Shown: positions 9,994 to 20,512, counted from the stretch's first letter. The stretch is 64,000 nucleotides of DNA from Candidatus Freyarchaeum deiterrae (GCA_037305845.1 CP147778.1:2880001-2944000), one strand, 5' to 3'. Notes: a model not told the origin generated them from the letters alone. Numbers and translations are program-made.

Positions 9994-11049
9994 TTATTCG
10001 TATTGTTCTTTGAAGTAGGGAATTATTTTTTTACTCCACAGTTCGTATTGGCTTTTTCGGTGTTTTGTTGGTACCAGAAGTATGCATACGAAGTATTGGT
10101 TTCCTGCTTTGTAGAGTTTATCGAGTCTTTCGATGCAATTTTCCGGAGTACCGTAAATGAAGCGTTCCTCAACGGCTTCAAAGGGTATTTTCTTGGCGAA
10201 ATTCATAACCTTCTTTATTGACTCAGGGCTGTAGGTGAATTTATTAAGTCCGAACTCTTCTGGAATATGTATTCCTTTCTTATTCAGGGTCTGTGGCCAA
10301 AAGGCTGAAAGCATTTTTGCTGGTAATTCTATGGGGTTCGCTCCCTCCTCTTCCTCCTCCTTCTTCGATACGTATGCGTATATGGTATTTGCCTTCGTGA
10401 TTGTTTCAGGGTCTCTACCAATTTTCTTGGCGTGATTTTCTATTTCTTTCCAGAACTTTTTGTACTCGTCTGGAGTCAGTGCCTGAGGTAACCAGCCATC
10501 TCCTAGTTCTGCGGTTATCTCCCTTGTTTTGGGCGAGTTAGCTGCAATCCAGAAGGGTGGGTGTGGCTGTTGAAAAGGCAGGGGGAGCAGAAAAGCGTTT
10601 TTTAGTTTATAGAATTCGCCGTCATAGTTGATTGTGCCGCCGGAGAAAATTTTTTTGACAATTTCTATTGTTTCTCTCATTAGGCTTACTGGTTTATCCC
10701 ACATAATTTCGAAGGGCTTGATAGAAGTAGACTCCCCTGCCCCAATTCCTACTATTAGTCTCCCATTTGAAACGTGGTCTAATGTAACAATACTCTGAGC
10801 TAATGATGCAGGGTGTCTTCTAGCCGCGTTAACAACACTTATCCCCATGTTCAGTTTCGTCCTAGAGGCTATCCCCGCTAACGTTGTAAAAGGCTCCATT
10901 GCATCCCAAACTTTGATTCCGATACCTAACAGGTGATCCCCCACCCAAACAGATTCGAAGCCATTATTATTCGCGTAGGATACGGCATCATAAATATCGG
11001 ATAGAGGCGCATTGGGTAAATGCGCACCAAACTGTGGGGCTGGCGGCAT
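9994..11049 (-). CDS. LLM-class flavin/F420-dependent oxidoreductase (Mer-like)
   Basis: GFESVWVGDH, RHPASLAQSIVTLDHVSNGRLIVGIGAGE, PPFWIAANSP, ELGDGWLP. Confidence 0.9.
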   Translation of the reverse strand: MPPAPQFGAHLPNAPLSDIYDAVSYANNNGFESVWVGDHLLGIGIKVWDAMEPFTTLAGIASRTKLNMGISVVNAARRHPASLAQSIVTLDHVSNGRLIVGIGAGESTSIKPFEIMWDKPVSLMRETIEIVKKIFSGGTINYDGEFYKLKNAFLLPLPFQQPHPPFWIAANSPKTREITAELGDGWLPQALTPDEYKKFWKEIENHAKKIGRDPETITKANTIYAYVSKKEEEEEGANPIELPAKMLSAFWPQTLNKKGIHIPEEFGLNKFTYSPESIKKVMNFAKKIPFEAVEERFIYGTPENCIERLDKLYKAGNQYFVCILLVPTKHRKSQYELWSKKIIPYFKEQYE

Positions 11050-11337
11050 AAATACTACCTGAAAATATTTTTAAAACTACGACTCTCTCTCTTTATAAAT
11101 CTATTTTTAAGTATCTTCTCTCCACAAGAAGGCTCTGTAAAGAAGCGTGAAGATAAGAGATTTTCATAGATGAAGCTCTCGCCTATGGGCGGACATCCAA
11201 AACTGTTACCTTGGGAAATGCAACCAAAAATTAGGATAAGATTCAAATCAGGATTAAATTGCTTAAAGCTAATAATCCACATTGTAATACGTGTGATGGG
11301 CATCAAATCTCAGAGTAAGGGCAGCCAAACTGTTCCC

Positions 11338-11613
11338 TTATTCTCTTATTTTTTTTCTTTTTTTGACTTTATAATAGTCTTCTGAATTTATCACTGCGTA
11401 TCCTTCATTCATCTTCGGTAAAACCTTTATAGTTCCTTTCCTTTTCGTAGGACTACAAGCGCCCACAGTACAGACGTAAACTAGTATTCTGTTCACGTTT
11501 TTTGTTCTGGGATCAAGATATTCCAGAGAGGAAATACTGCAATTCTCACAATCTAAACATGATTTTAACGCGGTTTCCTTTTTTTTACTCGTATCCGTCA
11601 CCTCACTCGCCAA
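11338..11613 (-). CDS. Small Cys-rich hypothetical protein
   Basis: 91 aa with CLDCENC and CTVGAC, basic C-terminus; TTG start; occupies an otherwise empty gap on the same strand as its neighbours. Confidence 0.45.
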   Translation of the reverse strand: MASEVTDTSKKKETALKSCLDCENCSISSLEYLDPRTKNVNRILVYVCTVGACSPTKRKGTIKVLPKMNEGYAVINSEDYYKVKKRKKIRE

Positions 11614-11884
11614 TTTATCTAATGGCTTCGGGCTAATAATATGTAGTCATTATCGAAGTAAAATGTTTTACGGTGTAATGTAAAATAGGCAATTGTATAG
11701 TAATAGTTAGGTAAGAGAGTAATTCAAGAAGTAGAAAAAATTTTGAAGACCAATCCCATTATGTGCCTTTCATAAACTAGATGAACATCTTGGAAAATGA
11801 AAATGTAGAGTGAAGAAGGCAAGGTACTGTATTCTAGCCATAATAGACATTTTGAACACTTTGCCTTTCAAGATTGGAGGTATA

Positions 11885-12925
11885 TCATAACTCTTTGAAG
11901 TAGGGAATTATCTTATCGCGGTAAATTTCAAACACCTTGTTGGGGTCAGGTCCTCGATTGAGAAAAGCAAAGTGTTTGACTCCCGCCTTAATGAAGGCTT
12001 CTATCTGGTCCATAACTTGGTCTACGGTGCCTATCACATTGAAATCCTGCGGCATACAGTCTGGAACTTTATCAAGGTTTTGAACCAGCTTCATAAGATC
12101 CTCGTTTGAGGGTGTAAACTTTTGAATAACCAACTCTTTCGGTATGTCGATGTTATACTCTTCCTTTAACTTATCTGGGAAAAGCAGAATTCCTCCTTTC
12201 ATGAATTCAACTCTCTTACAGGCGGTCTCAAAGTCGTCGGCAATCGCGGTCATACAATTGTAGCAGATATCAATCTGATCCATGCTTCTGCCGGCTTTCT
12301 TAGCACCCTGCTCTACGTCCTTAATGTGTTTGGCAATCAGATTCGGGGTCTCGTAGAACGGGAACCATCCATCAGCAATCTCTCCGGTAAGAGTTCTGGA
12401 TACTGGTCCATTCCCAGCAATGTAAATCGGAATAGTATCCTGAATGGGTTTAATCTGTAGAAATGCATCCTTAAGTTTGAAGAATTCGCCCCAATAATTC
12501 ACTGTTTTCTCTTTCCAAAGAAGACGCATAACCTCGACGAACTCTCTCATCTTTGAAACCGGTTTACAGGCATCGATGTTGAACATGGCGAAATTCATAG
12601 CCTCACCCGCACCCACACCAAACATCGCCCTACCGTTGGAAACCACATCCAGAGTCGCCAGAATATGCGCCATAACCGCAGGATGCCTACGATGGGGGTC
12701 AGAAACCGCAGTACACAATGTAACCCGGCTGGTGTTCAAAGCCATAGTCGTCAAAAATACAAAGGCATCATAAACCAGGCCTTGGGGAGGAATCGTGGTA
12801 AGGTGATCCGCATACCACAAACTATCAAAACCACACTGCTCAGCCTTCTTAGCACCCTCAATCGCGAGTTCCAACCTATACGTAGGAACAGGAATCGAGA
12901 AACCAAACTTGACTCCCATAGACAT
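11885..12925 (-). CDS. LLM-class flavin/F420-dependent oxidoreductase (paralog of 9994..11049)
   Basis: GFDSLWYADH, RRHPAVMAHILATLDVVSNGRAMFGVGAGE, IPIYIAGNGP, IADGWFP. Confidence 0.9.
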   Translation of the reverse strand: MSMGVKFGFSIPVPTYRLELAIEGAKKAEQCGFDSLWYADHLTTIPPQGLVYDAFVFLTTMALNTSRVTLCTAVSDPHRRHPAVMAHILATLDVVSNGRAMFGVGAGEAMNFAMFNIDACKPVSKMREFVEVMRLLWKEKTVNYWGEFFKLKDAFLQIKPIQDTIPIYIAGNGPVSRTLTGEIADGWFPFYETPNLIAKHIKDVEQGAKKAGRSMDQIDICYNCMTAIADDFETACKRVEFMKGGILLFPDKLKEEYNIDIPKELVIQKFTPSNEDLMKLVQNLDKVPDCMPQDFNVIGTVDQVMDQIEAFIKAGVKHFAFLNRGPDPNKVFEIYRDKIIPYFKEL

Positions 12926-13028
12926 CTCTCCAAAATCTTAAGGGTATTCCCTCATTAAACGCCCAAATATAAAAATATTCGCACTGCTTACCTTCCTCCC
13001 TTATCTAGGATTGGGCAATTCCCATGAG

Positions 13029-13880
13029 CTACTGGTTTGCTAATTGTTGCTTCTTTTTTTTCCTTTTTTCTTGCTTTTCTGTAACGAACTGTATCACTTT
13101 GTTTGCTAGCTCTGAGCGATCCTTGCTTTTTCTCTTAATTAGACTTGGTGCGAACTCTCGAATGATTTTTAAATGTTCTTTGGGTGGGTAACTTATTTTT
13201 TCGAGTTTCGGTGCTACCTTCAAGTCCCAGGGAACATTCTTCTTTATATCCTCTACCGTTACGCCTGGAACGCAGCCCTTAAGATATAACTCTTTGGTTT
13301 TTTTATCAAATCCGAAAACACCCTGAGAACTTATCAGTAGACTCGGACCTGTTTCCGGTGGAAAGCAAGCTTTCTCTCGCGAATTTCCTCCTGCTAAATA
13401 TCCCGGAGAGGAGCAATAATCAAGCTTCTCCACGAATTCTCCGCCTTTCAGTGTGATTACAGTTTTTTTAGCGAATGCAATGAAATCCGCTGCGCCTCCC
13501 GCGCCCGGAAGCCTCAACTTGAGATTTTCAGAATCTCCTAATATTGTTGAGTTAATGTTACCATACTTGTCCACTTGCGCTGCCCCTAGGAAACATGTGT
13601 CCACGTATCCTCTGAAAAGTATCGTTGAGAAAGTGTCCACCAAATCACAAGCGAAGCTGAAGCCCTTCGTGGTGGTGCTCTCTGCTACGTGAAAGGCTAC
13701 TTTGTAGGGCATAAAATCTATGATTCCCGCTTCAGTCATCAGTATACAGTCTGGTGCATGGGTCATCTTAGCCAACAAACCCGCAGCTAACGGAATACCC
13801 TGACCTAGGAGAACTCGGTCTCCATTTTGGATTTCTTTAGCCGCAAGAGATACTATAAACTCTATAATTTCGCATTCCAT
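13029..13880 (-). CDS. Family I CoA-transferase beta subunit (GctB-like)
   Basis: VLLGQGIP, ILMTEAG (catalytic Glu), FLGAAQVDKYGNINST, LPGAGGAADF. Confidence 0.9.
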   Translation of the reverse strand: MECEIIEFIVSLAAKEIQNGDRVLLGQGIPLAAGLLAKMTHAPDCILMTEAGIIDFMPYKVAFHVAESTTTKGFSFACDLVDTFSTILFRGYVDTCFLGAAQVDKYGNINSTILGDSENLKLRLPGAGGAADFIAFAKKTVITLKGGEFVEKLDYCSSPGYLAGGNSREKACFPPETGPSLLISSQGVFGFDKKTKELYLKGCVPGVTVEDIKKNVPWDLKVAPKLEKISYPPKEHLKIIREFAPSLIKRKSKDRSELANKVIQFVTEKQEKRKKKKQQLANQ

Positions 13881-13958
13881 TTCTCTTCCCTCAAAAAAAT
13901 TTTTGGAAACTTCCTATTACTGTACTTGTTTTATTAAAACATCTCACTCAAATAACTT

Positions 13959-14930
13959 TCATAGAGTATCTTTGGTAAAAGATGAGCCGTAATTGGCAGG
14001 GGCACTATAGTAGGGTTTGGCTTTCAATCTCTGTAAATACTTCAATCCAAACCTTACAATGTACTGTTCAATGTACTCTTCTCTATTCTCCAAATTGTAT
14101 ATCCAATCCTGGATAAATGCTTGCAAACTAGCAGGGTTCGCATCCATAGCAAAGAACATCCCTCTAAATAGGGTATCCTGATCATAGTATCCCTGAACCT
14201 CCGCAGGATGCGCTCCCCACGGTTCTAATACAACCGCATTAACACGAAAACTCGGAATAACCGTGAGATGTGGACTGCTACTAACAATCTCATGATCCAC
14301 TATTTCCTCCGCTGATACAATGATTTTTTTACTAGCCAAACAAGACCACTTGGTGGTTCCTAAAGCTCCCCAGAGCTGGGCGTTACCGTAAACATCTACC
14401 CTCTGAACATGAGTGATAGCCACATCGGGATTAACCCCTGGAACCAGAAGAACTTTATTCCCGGTAAAGGGGCAGTCTATCTCCTTAAACTTATTTTCCC
14501 CCATAAAGCTTCTCTGGTTAAATACATCAGTGCATTTAAGAGTTATAGGAACCTGAGTGAACGTTTGCCCCATAGCGCCAGCCATTAACATGGCCGTAAT
14601 TGAATAATTTGTGTGGTCTTCCACCTCTATCCTCTTTTCCTTCAAAGCTCTATCTAATTCACTTGGGTAATTAGATCCTCCGACCCTGTAGCAATATGCG
14701 GTTACTATCCGCTTCAAACACCCACCGCCGATCAGAATATCAGCCTCATCTATCAATGATGTGCTCCAAAGAGTTAGGTCTCTCTTCTTCTGCCTAACAA
14801 TTTCGTGTATCAGAGCTAGGGGTGATGACTGGAGAAAGTTACCCAAACAGACGCTTTCGCCGTCGCTGATAAATTTCTTAACCGCCTCAGAAGAAGTCAT
14901 TACCTTATCATGAACTTCTTTTTCAGTCAT
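13959..14930 (-). CDS. Family I CoA-transferase alpha subunit (GctA-like)
   Basis: Start reassigned to ATG 14930 (MTEKEVHDKVMTSSEAV, GGAG SD); PLALIHEIVRQKKRDLT, PDVAITHVQRVDVYGNAQ, EPWGAHP. Confidence 0.9.
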   Translation of the reverse strand: MTEKEVHDKVMTSSEAVKKFISDGESVCLGNFLQSSPLALIHEIVRQKKRDLTLWSTSLIDEADILIGGGCLKRIVTAYCYRVGGSNYPSELDRALKEKRIEVEDHTNYSITAMLMAGAMGQTFTQVPITLKCTDVFNQRSFMGENKFKEIDCPFTGNKVLLVPGVNPDVAITHVQRVDVYGNAQLWGALGTTKWSCLASKKIIVSAEEIVDHEIVSSSPHLTVIPSFRVNAVVLEPWGAHPAEVQGYYDQDTLFRGMFFAMDANPASLQAFIQDWIYNLENREEYIEQYIVRFGLKYLQRLKAKPYYSAPANYGSSFTKDTL

Positions 14931-15302
14931 GAAATTATCTCCAAACCGTATTAAAACAAAAGAGGTTTGCAAAGATAATAAATTTATCCTCGACACTTCG
15001 CAATCTCCTCTGTATAAACTGAACACAGCCATAGATTTTCAATACAGAACAAATTCAAAACCTAATTTACCACCAATCAGATTAACGCGTAGAATGTTTA
15101 CTGGTAACGATTTAATTTTTAAAAGAAATGTTCCATATTTATGTTACAGGAATTTGTTTGTGTGTTTGGTTGGTTGTTTGGTTGGCTTTTTTGCATTTAC
15201 CAAAAGGTTTAATAAACTACAATCATTAGTTTCTATAAACTACATTATGTAGTTTTATCATATTAGCCTCAAAAGCACGAAAAACAAAGAGGAGAATTGA
15301 AT

Positions 15303-16037
15303 ATGGGAAGAGAATACAAAATCGCGCTTATCGGAACCATACTCACCCTAATTTCATTCATCATAATCGGAATAGTGCTAGTAATCGCTTCCGCTGCCTC
15401 CAATTCGACAACTAGTCTACTCGGAATAGCTTACGTCTCCCTAGCTCAAATACCCTTACCCATAATAGGAACACTTCCACTATTACCATATGAAACTATA
15501 CTCGCCATGGCATTAACCGATGTCTCTGTTCGTAGCAGTGTCACTTCTGCATACTTGGTCTTAGGAATTATAGGCTCCCTACCCTTCGCCGTCGGCGGAG
15601 TAATGACTGGATACGGATTCTACGGATTACACAAACAAGAGGAGAGCACACTCAGTCTAATCACATCCATCTTAATGATGGTCGGCTTCGGAGCCCTCGC
15701 GGTCATAGTGCCCCTAGGGCTCCTCCCTCAGACCGAGATTGCCCCTTGGACATTCCTAATCAACAACTACTTCTCAGTACTTGTACCCCTAACACAAACT
15801 ACCATAGGCCGGGGATTTGGCATCGCTGTAGCATTAACGGTATTAATATTCGTAGTTGACTACATTTTACTCGGCGCTACTGAGATTGTGATTCGTGAGA
15901 AGACGCCTAAACGAGACTTGATGATATCAGCAGGCATTCTGACCATCCTTGGTGCAATACTGCCAGTGATCGGATTTGCATTACTTTTTGTAGCCTACGT
16001 ACTGCTTGCCGCAGTTTTCAATGAGTTCAGAAAATAA
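15303..16037 (+). CDS. Multi-pass membrane protein (paralog of 39263..39979)
   Basis: About 6 TM segments; GYGFYGLHK and ILLGA..IREKT..SAGILTILGA motifs are shared with 39263..39979. Confidence 0.75.
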   Translation: MGREYKIALIGTILTLISFIIIGIVLVIASAASNSTTSLLGIAYVSLAQIPLPIIGTLPLLPYETILAMALTDVSVRSSVTSAYLVLGIIGSLPFAVGGVMTGYGFYGLHKQEESTLSLITSILMMVGFGALAVIVPLGLLPQTEIAPWTFLINNYFSVLVPLTQTTIGRGFGIAVALTVLIFVVDYILLGATEIVIREKTPKRDLMISAGILTILGAILPVIGFALLFVAYVLLAAVFNEFRK

Positions 16038-16257
16038 AACACAAACCTTCCCTTTATTTTTTTTAAATCTTTTTAAATTAGAAAATTTGGATTTGGTACT
16101 TTAAGTGAGTTAAGCCAATTAGTACAAATCATACTTAATAAAGTTGGAAAAATTGTCCCAAAATACTTTTTTTAGAATAGGTTAGTGTTGTAGATAACTT
16201 TATAGCTTGTGTAAAAATACTGTTTAATCTTGGAAGCGTTTTTAGTGTCGGGATTTT

Positions 16258-17184
16258 ATGGTTGGTCTGGTTCCAAGAGAGCTTCTTGAGCATCCATCGA
16301 AACTCAAACCTCAAGATATTAATGATGGCTTGGTGAAGGTCGGTTATTTGCCAAACCAGAAGATTGTTACCACTCTTTTTCTTGCTTTTCAGCTCGATAA
16401 ACCAATTCTGGTGGAAGGACCTGCGGGTTGCGGTAAAACCTATCTGGGTGTTTGCACATCGAAACTGTTCGGTTTCCCCTTGATCCGGCTTCAGTGTTAC
16501 GAGGGAATCCTGCCCGAACAGTCAATCTATGAGTGGAACTATCATAAGCAACTCTTGAAGATCCAGATGAACCATCTTAAAGACGATAATGGATGCGAAA
16601 AGTCGATATTCTCCGAGGAGTACCTTCTGGAACGTCCCTTGTTAACAGCTCTAAAATCTCCAGAGGCTGTGCTTCTCATAGACGAGATAGATAAGGCTGA
16701 CGAGCAATTCGAAGCCTTCCTTCTGGAATTGTTGGGAGAGCGGCAGATTACTATTCCTGAGCTGGGAACTGTGAGAGCTCCTGAAAACCAAAAGCTCATT
16801 ACTGTCCTAACTTCGAACAGTTCAAGAGAACTATCTGAACCGCTCAAAAGGCGCTGTCTGCATCTTTACTTAGATTATCCTCCGAAGGAGCTTGAGAAGA
16901 GAATTATTCTGCTTAACTGCCCCCAGATGTACGATGAATTTGTGGATAATATTTTGGATTTTGTAGAGAATCTCAGAAATATGAAACTCCAAAAAACTCC
17001 CTCTATAGCCGAGTCCATAGACTTTGCCAGATCCCTCCTCGCCATAGGAAAGAATGACTTAAACCCTGATACTGTTAACTCTCTTCTGTCAACCCTTCTT
17101 AAGGCTAAAAGCGACGTCGACATGGTGAAGCGAAAGGGCATCGAAAACCTTCTCGGTACTGGGAGTAATGACCAAAAAGGGTAA
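16258..17184 (+). CDS. MoxR-family AAA+ ATPase (CoxD-like)
   Basis: Walker A EGPAGCGKT, LIRLQCYEG, YEWNY, Walker B LLIDEIDKAD, QITIPELGT, LKRRC. Confidence 0.92.
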   Translation: MVGLVPRELLEHPSKLKPQDINDGLVKVGYLPNQKIVTTLFLAFQLDKPILVEGPAGCGKTYLGVCTSKLFGFPLIRLQCYEGILPEQSIYEWNYHKQLLKIQMNHLKDDNGCEKSIFSEEYLLERPLLTALKSPEAVLLIDEIDKADEQFEAFLLELLGERQITIPELGTVRAPENQKLITVLTSNSSRELSEPLKRRCLHLYLDYPPKELEKRIILLNCPQMYDEFVDNILDFVENLRNMKLQKTPSIAESIDFARSLLAIGKNDLNPDTVNSLLSTLLKAKSDVDMVKRKGIENLLGTGSNDQKG

Positions 17185-17195
17185 GGTCTTTAGCG

Positions 17196-18698
17196 ATGAT
17201 TGAGGGCTTTGTAAGGCTTCTCCGAGAAAGAAACATTAGAGTAGGATTAGCGGAAACCATAGACGCCTGCAAAGCTTTTTCACTCTTGGAAGTAGATAAG
17301 GAGACAGTTAGAGAAGGTCTAGCTGCCTGCCTCATAAAAGAAGAAATGGACAGACCGGATTTCGACCACATTTTCAACCTCTATTTCTGCAACCAAATAC
17401 CGGAAAGCAAAAAGCCCCAACAACCAACCCCAACCCCGAAAGAATCTGAACTCACTAAGAGAAGTAGACAGGAACAGGGAACAGAGGGTTTGCGTCAGGA
17501 GGAAGATGCTCAGCAACCCCAGGCTCAGCAACTCGACCAGCAGAGGCAGCAGCAGGGAGTACTGGCAAGGTATGGAGGCATCAAAGGTATAGGAAAGGCA
17601 ATCGACGAGAATGATCTGGAAGGGGCTGCGAATCAACTCTCGGAAAGAATTCTCAGCCAGGCCCGAGACCCCGACGCCTTTGCCAAGCTGCTCAAAAACA
17701 TTATAGAGTACATGAAACTTTATGCGGGTTGGGCGGTGGAAGACACCGCAACTTTTGAGGATTACATGGAGAGAATTAAAGAGGTTCTAAACAAAACCCA
17801 GAGAAAGTACCTCGAATTATTCCGAGAAGAATACCCCCTGGAAGACCTCATCTCCAAGCTTGTGAAACTAGATTATTCGAACATAGAAGAGTTGGACTTC
17901 AACAAGTATGCCGGAGACCTAGTCTTTCTGGTTAACAACGTGGATAAAATAGAGAAGACCATAAAGAAACTGGCACAACAGCTAGCATCCAAGCTTTCAC
18001 GAAGAGAGAAGCTAGCGGATAGGGGCAAGATAAACATCCGCAAATCCATTCGCAAATCCCTGGAATATGGCGGCGTAATGGTGAAGCTGGATTTCAAGAG
18101 GAGGAAGGTTCAAAAACCGGAAATCATGCTGCTCTGCGATGTTTCCGGAAGCTGCGAGTGGATATCCGGATTCTTCATAACCCTGATGCTGGGAATCAAA
18201 AAGGCTTTCAGCGAAGTTAAGGGTTACATCTTCACAGACCACTGCTGGACGGTAACCAAAGCCTTGGAAACGGGCATGGCTGAGAGACTATTCCAAGAAA
18301 TAAGCCACTGGTGGGACCTCTACCGGGGAGGCGCAAGCAGCAACATGGAAACCGCGTTCGAAGACTTCCTTAAGAAAACCCAGAGCGACTTAACCAAGAA
18401 AACCACCATTATAATTCTCAGCGATTGCAGAGACTATCTTGGAAGAAGAGAAGTATACGGCAGCACCAGAGGGCGACCCCGCTCAGCCGAAAAAATAGGC
18501 AAACTGGTAAAAGCGTCAAAAAGACTAATGATTCTTAACCCAGAGGACCCCAAGTTCTGGAATACCGGCGACTCCGTGGTAGACTACTACATTCAGGCAG
18601 GGGCAGAGTGCTACCCCGTTAAAAACCTTCAGGAACTTGCCAACATGGTGATTCTAGCAGCGAAAAAAGACTTAAATCCCTACACCTATACAAAATAA
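17196..18698 (+). CDS. vWA-domain protein, CoxE-like partner of MoxR
   Basis: FVRLLRERNIRVGLAETIDA N-terminus, INIRKSIRKSLEYGG, LCDVSGS MIDAS, IILSDCR, ILNPE; Gln/Pro-rich linker. Confidence 0.88.
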   Translation: MIEGFVRLLRERNIRVGLAETIDACKAFSLLEVDKETVREGLAACLIKEEMDRPDFDHIFNLYFCNQIPESKKPQQPTPTPKESELTKRSRQEQGTEGLRQEEDAQQPQAQQLDQQRQQQGVLARYGGIKGIGKAIDENDLEGAANQLSERILSQARDPDAFAKLLKNIIEYMKLYAGWAVEDTATFEDYMERIKEVLNKTQRKYLELFREEYPLEDLISKLVKLDYSNIEELDFNKYAGDLVFLVNNVDKIEKTIKKLAQQLASKLSRREKLADRGKINIRKSIRKSLEYGGVMVKLDFKRRKVQKPEIMLLCDVSGSCEWISGFFITLMLGIKKAFSEVKGYIFTDHCWTVTKALETGMAERLFQEISHWWDLYRGGASSNMETAFEDFLKKTQSDLTKKTTIIILSDCRDYLGRREVYGSTRGRPRSAEKIGKLVKASKRLMILNPEDPKFWNTGDSVVDYYIQAGAECYPVKNLQELANMVILAAKKDLNPYTYTK

Positions 18699-18732
18699 GT
18701 TCAATACTATTTCTCAAAATGGGTGAACTAAT

Positions 18733-19257
18733 ATGGATATTTTTGAGGCAATAAAAAATAGGAGAAGCATCAGAGACTATAATCCGAGCAAAAAGGTGCC
18801 CAAGGACGCGATAGAGAAAATAGTTGACGCTGCAAGATGGGCTCCCTCAGCCGGCAACCAACAGCCAATAGAGGTTGTGGCGGTTTCAGAGAAAGAAAAA
18901 AGAGAGAAGCTGGTCGCAGCATCTGGAAACGCTCCCTACCTCAAAGACTCTCCAGTGGCTCTGGTAGTATGTGTCAATCATAATAAGTACGCTAAGGGAT
19001 ACGCTAACGCCGTCTCATTTTTTATGCCCATGGACGCATCAGCTGCAATGCAGAACATGATGCTCGCAGCCTACGCACAAGGCCTAGGAACCTGCTGGGA
19101 TTCCGTTCTCAACAAAAGTGTGATAAGAGAACTACTGAACATCCCCGAATACGTAGAACCGTTCAGCATCCTAGCACTAGGCTACCCGTCAAAGATACCC
19201 GAAAAACCACCTACCAGAAGAAAAATCGAAGAAATGATCCACTGGGACACCTACTAA
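18733..19257 (+). CDS. Nitroreductase family protein
   Basis: RRSIRDY, ARWAPSAGNQQP, QNMMLAAYAQGLGTCW, LALGYP. Confidence 0.93.
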   Translation: MDIFEAIKNRRSIRDYNPSKKVPKDAIEKIVDAARWAPSAGNQQPIEVVAVSEKEKREKLVAASGNAPYLKDSPVALVVCVNHNKYAKGYANAVSFFMPMDASAAMQNMMLAAYAQGLGTCWDSVLNKSVIRELLNIPEYVEPFSILALGYPSKIPEKPPTRRKIEEMIHWDTY

Positions 19258-19393
19258 AAGCAGCAGCATAAACAGCCGAAAAACAGGCAAACTTCACACG
19301 TTTCTTTTTATTATCTATTTTTGTCTCGACAAGATTTCTCAAATAGCTAAGCATTAAAACATGATTGTAACATTATTAATTTGAGGTTGAGCC

Positions 19394-20512
19394 ATGACCA
19401 CATTCATTCCCACTAATTCCAAGAGCATAATCCTCAAAAGAAATTTTGCCGACGGCTGGTTCCTCGAGAAATACGCCATGAACATTTACCGCGGATGCCA
19501 ACACGCCTGCGAATACTGCGACGGTAGATCCCAAAAATACTATCTAGACTTGGATATCGCAAACAAAATCTACGTCAAGGTCAACGCCCCGGAGCTAGTG
19601 AAAAAAGGGCTGAAAAACAAAGAGAAAGGAATAGTAGCCGTTGGAGGTGGAATAGGCGACTCCTACCAACCAGCAGAGAAAAAGTACGAATTAACAAGAA
19701 AAGTGCTAGAAGTTCTAAGAGAATTAGAATTTCCAGCCTTCATTTTAACCAAATCCAGCCTAGTAGATAGAGACATCGATTTACTCGAAAAAATAAATGA
19801 GCAAAGTCTAGCTCTGGTCGCCCTAACCATCACGACCCTAGATGATGATGTCTGGAAAACCTGGGAGCCACGAGCATCTCCCCCAGAAGAAAGATTTGGC
19901 ACAATTGGAAAATTTTCAAGAGCTGGTGTTCCAACAGGAGTGGTAATGATGCCCCTTCTGCCATTCATCTCCGATACTGCAGACTCCATAGAACAACTGG
20001 TCTCCCGAGCCAAAGAGGAGGGAGCGAGTTTTGTTCTCGTATCAGGTTTAACTCTGAGAGACCGACAGAGAGACTACTACTACCAAAAACTGAAAGAAAA
20101 GTATCCCGACCTCATCCCAAAATACAACCAAATTTACGGTGAGAGCGGATACTCACCAAGTCAAGAATACATGGAAAAATTGAACGGAATAGTTCTGCAA
20201 GTTTGCAGAAAGTATGAAATGCCGCCCCGAATCCCCCACAAATTTTTCCACGGAAAAATCGGAATAAAAGACGAAATCTCACACGTACTATCCCAAATAG
20301 GGTACCTAATGGAACTGACCGGAAAAAGAGGAAGCTCGTACAGAAAAGCAGCCAACCAAGTTTTCAAAACCACAGAAGATATAACCAAACTCTCAAAGGA
20401 AGGAAGAATCACCGAAATTTCTGGAGTAGGCGAAAAAATAGGAAAAGTAATAGACGAAATAATACAAACCAGCGAAAGCGAACACTATCTGAAATTAATG
20501 AAACTCAAGTAG
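19394..20512 (+). CDS. SplB-like (Rv2578c-type) radical SAM protein with a C-terminal PolX-type helix-hairpin-helix domain
   Basis: NIYRGCQHACEYC (CxxxCxxC), DSYQPAEKKYELTR, ILTKSSLVDRDIDLL, EPRASPPEER; C-terminal SYRKAA...ISGVGEKIGKVIDEI. Confidence 0.85.
   Translation: MTTFIPTNSKSIILKRNFADGWFLEKYAMNIYRGCQHACEYCDGRSQKYYLDLDIANKIYVKVNAPELVKKGLKNKEKGIVAVGGGIGDSYQPAEKKYELTRKVLEVLRELEFPAFILTKSSLVDRDIDLLEKINEQSLALVALTITTLDDDVWKTWEPRASPPEERFGTIGKFSRAGVPTGVVMMPLLPFISDTADSIEQLVSRAKEEGASFVLVSGLTLRDRQRDYYYQKLKEKYPDLIPKYNQIYGESGYSPSQEYMEKLNGIVLQVCRKYEMPPRIPHKFFHGKIGIKDEISHVLSQIGYLMELTGKRGSSYRKAANQVFKTTEDITKLSKEGRITEISGVGEKIGKVIDEIIQTSESEHYLKLMKLK

Noticed and set aside
15150-15192. GTTT/GGTT low-complexity tract as a contingency (phase-variation) repeat
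   Set aside because: Imperfect and short, with no clean unit array.
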